Source: Coleofasciculus sp. E2-BRE-01 (lineage in GTDB: Bacteria > Cyanobacteriota > Cyanobacteriia > Cyanobacteriales > Coleofasciculaceae). Taken from it: DNA of 24,000 nucleotides. Position 1 is the stretch's first letter. Each line of letters opens with the position of its first letter. Location: NCBI GenBank assembly GCA_040221695.1, contig JAVKEA010000190.1. One strand, given 5' to 3'. The notes beneath the pieces were generated by a model. That model was given only the letters and a program-made list of their open reading frames with translations. It was not told the origin of the DNA and ran no database searches. Below, piece by piece: positions 23,091-24,000 of the stretch. Position numbers and translations under genes: made by a program.

Positions 23091-24000
23091 ATGTATTTGG
23101 CTAAGTTTCGATTGTATAACTATAAATCGTTTCGGGATTCGGGTTGGTTGGAGTTTTCGCCCGGTATCAATATTATTGTGGGACAGAATAATTCAGGTAA
23201 GACGGCGCTGTTGGAGGCGCTGACGCTGAATTTTGAGAATGTGCCGCATCGGAGTTTGAGAACCTTACCCAATTCAGATTCACGATTAGATGATGAATCG
23301 AGGGCGGCAATTATAGTAAGTTTATCCAAGGCAGAATTTATTGATTTCATAAACAAATTACCTGAGCATTCCTTTGGGATATTGCCGCACAATCATCAAA
23401 AATTAAAAGAATTTGTTGACCTTTTACAAGAATGGTTATACAGTCCTAAGGACATTAACATTCAAGCTTCTCAAGCCGGAAATTCATATATTGAAGATAA
23501 TGAGATACAAGTCAATGATCTCAAGACTACTATGAAGCTTTACCATGTCACAAAGAACAATCGGAAGAGCCTATTGATAACAAATCATCAAACAAGAATA
23601 ATTTATTTTGAGGTGCTAGGGGATAATAAATTAAAGGTTGGCAATGAAATAACTGTTGAGGGAGATAGAAAATATATTTGGATTACGATATTTAATAAAT
23701 TTAAATACCGTATATATCGTTTTCAGGCTGAACGTACCGCTCGGTCAATATGTGCTTCTGGAAGTAGCCGTCATCTAAAATCTGATGCATCTAATCTTCC
23801 TGAAGTTATCAATAAACTAGAGGAGCGAGGAAATCGAAAAATATTTGATAAGTTTAATGAGTATGCATCAAGGATTTTTCCAGAAATACAAGAATTTTCT
23901 GTTCGTAATATAAAGTCCAAAGCAAAACCCTCGCTGTTCTCTTCTTCAATAGAGATTTTAGTGTGGTCGAAAGATGCTGCTGAAAATGATAGAGAGGATT
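23091..24000 (+). CDS. AAA/ABC-type (AAA_15/AAA_21-like) ATPase, partial; continues past the right edge
   Basis: Not in the ORF track because no stop lies in the window. I translated the frame from the ATG at 23091 (AGGAG upstream) to 24000 and found no stop. It begins MYLAKFRLYNYKSFRDSGWLEFSPGINIIVGQNNSGKTALLEALTL, an SMC/RecF/OLD-type N-terminus with Walker A GQNNSGKT. YRFQAER looks like a Q-loop region. Confidence 0.75.
   Translation, partial: MYLAKFRLYNYKSFRDSGWLEFSPGINIIVGQNNSGKTALLEALTLNFENVPHRSLRTLPNSDSRLDDESRAAIIVSLSKAEFIDFINKLPEHSFGILPHNHQKLKEFVDLLQEWLYSPKDINIQASQAGNSYIEDNEIQVNDLKTTMKLYHVTKNNRKSLLITNHQTRIIYFEVLGDNKLKVGNEITVEGDRKYIWITIFNKFKYRIYRFQAERTARSICASGSSRHLKSDASNLPEVINKLEERGNRKIFDKFNEYASRIFPEIQEFSVRNIKSKAKPSLFSSSIEILVWSKDAAENDRED

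Noticed and set aside
23120-23392. Minus-strand ORF antisense to the ATPase gene
   Set aside because: The plus-strand frame carries a clear Walker A N-terminus and stays open for more than 300 codons. The antisense ORF has no motifs.

Overview
This window looks like cyanobacterial chromosome. By manual scan there are about 20 copies of the HIP1 octamer GCGATCGC, plus many heptamer and nonamer STRR-type arrays, a gamma-tocopherol methyltransferase homologue and a TonB-dependent receptor with a long N-terminal extension.

Positions 1-17293 form one iron/siderophore locus. It starts with an NRPS loading module (fatty acyl-AMP ligase, carrier protein, condensation domain) on the minus strand. This gene runs off the left edge and is absent from the ORF track. 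The rest of the locus is a TonB-dependent receptor, an MFS transporter, a PvdQ-like Ntn-hydrolase acylase with no signal peptide, a type II thioesterase remnant missing its catalytic core, exbB-exbD, an atypical 586-aa TonB, a secreted 14-repeat MORN protein, and a FecCD/FecCD/ATPase importer with no binding-protein gene in view.

The most unusual items are three. TonB has a 3x57-aa repeat block and an E/R/Q-rich tail after its C-terminal domain, built from near-perfect 39-bp tandem repeats. The MORN protein sits between tonB and the permeases. The FAAL-plus-acylase pairing resembles pyoverdine maturation logic.

Positions 17294-18215 contain no convincing gene and are packed with dispersed hairpin repeats and two intrinsic terminators. 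The right part holds housekeeping genes: gamma-TMT, ureE, two DUF4168 paralogues, holA and a 2H-phosphoesterase-like gene. Repeat elements overlap the 3' ends of two of these. At 23091 an AT-rich, edge-truncated AAA/ABC-type ATPase gene begins, also missing from the ORF track, which may be the first gene of a defence-type island.

All functional calls come from reading motifs in the translations. No database search was run.
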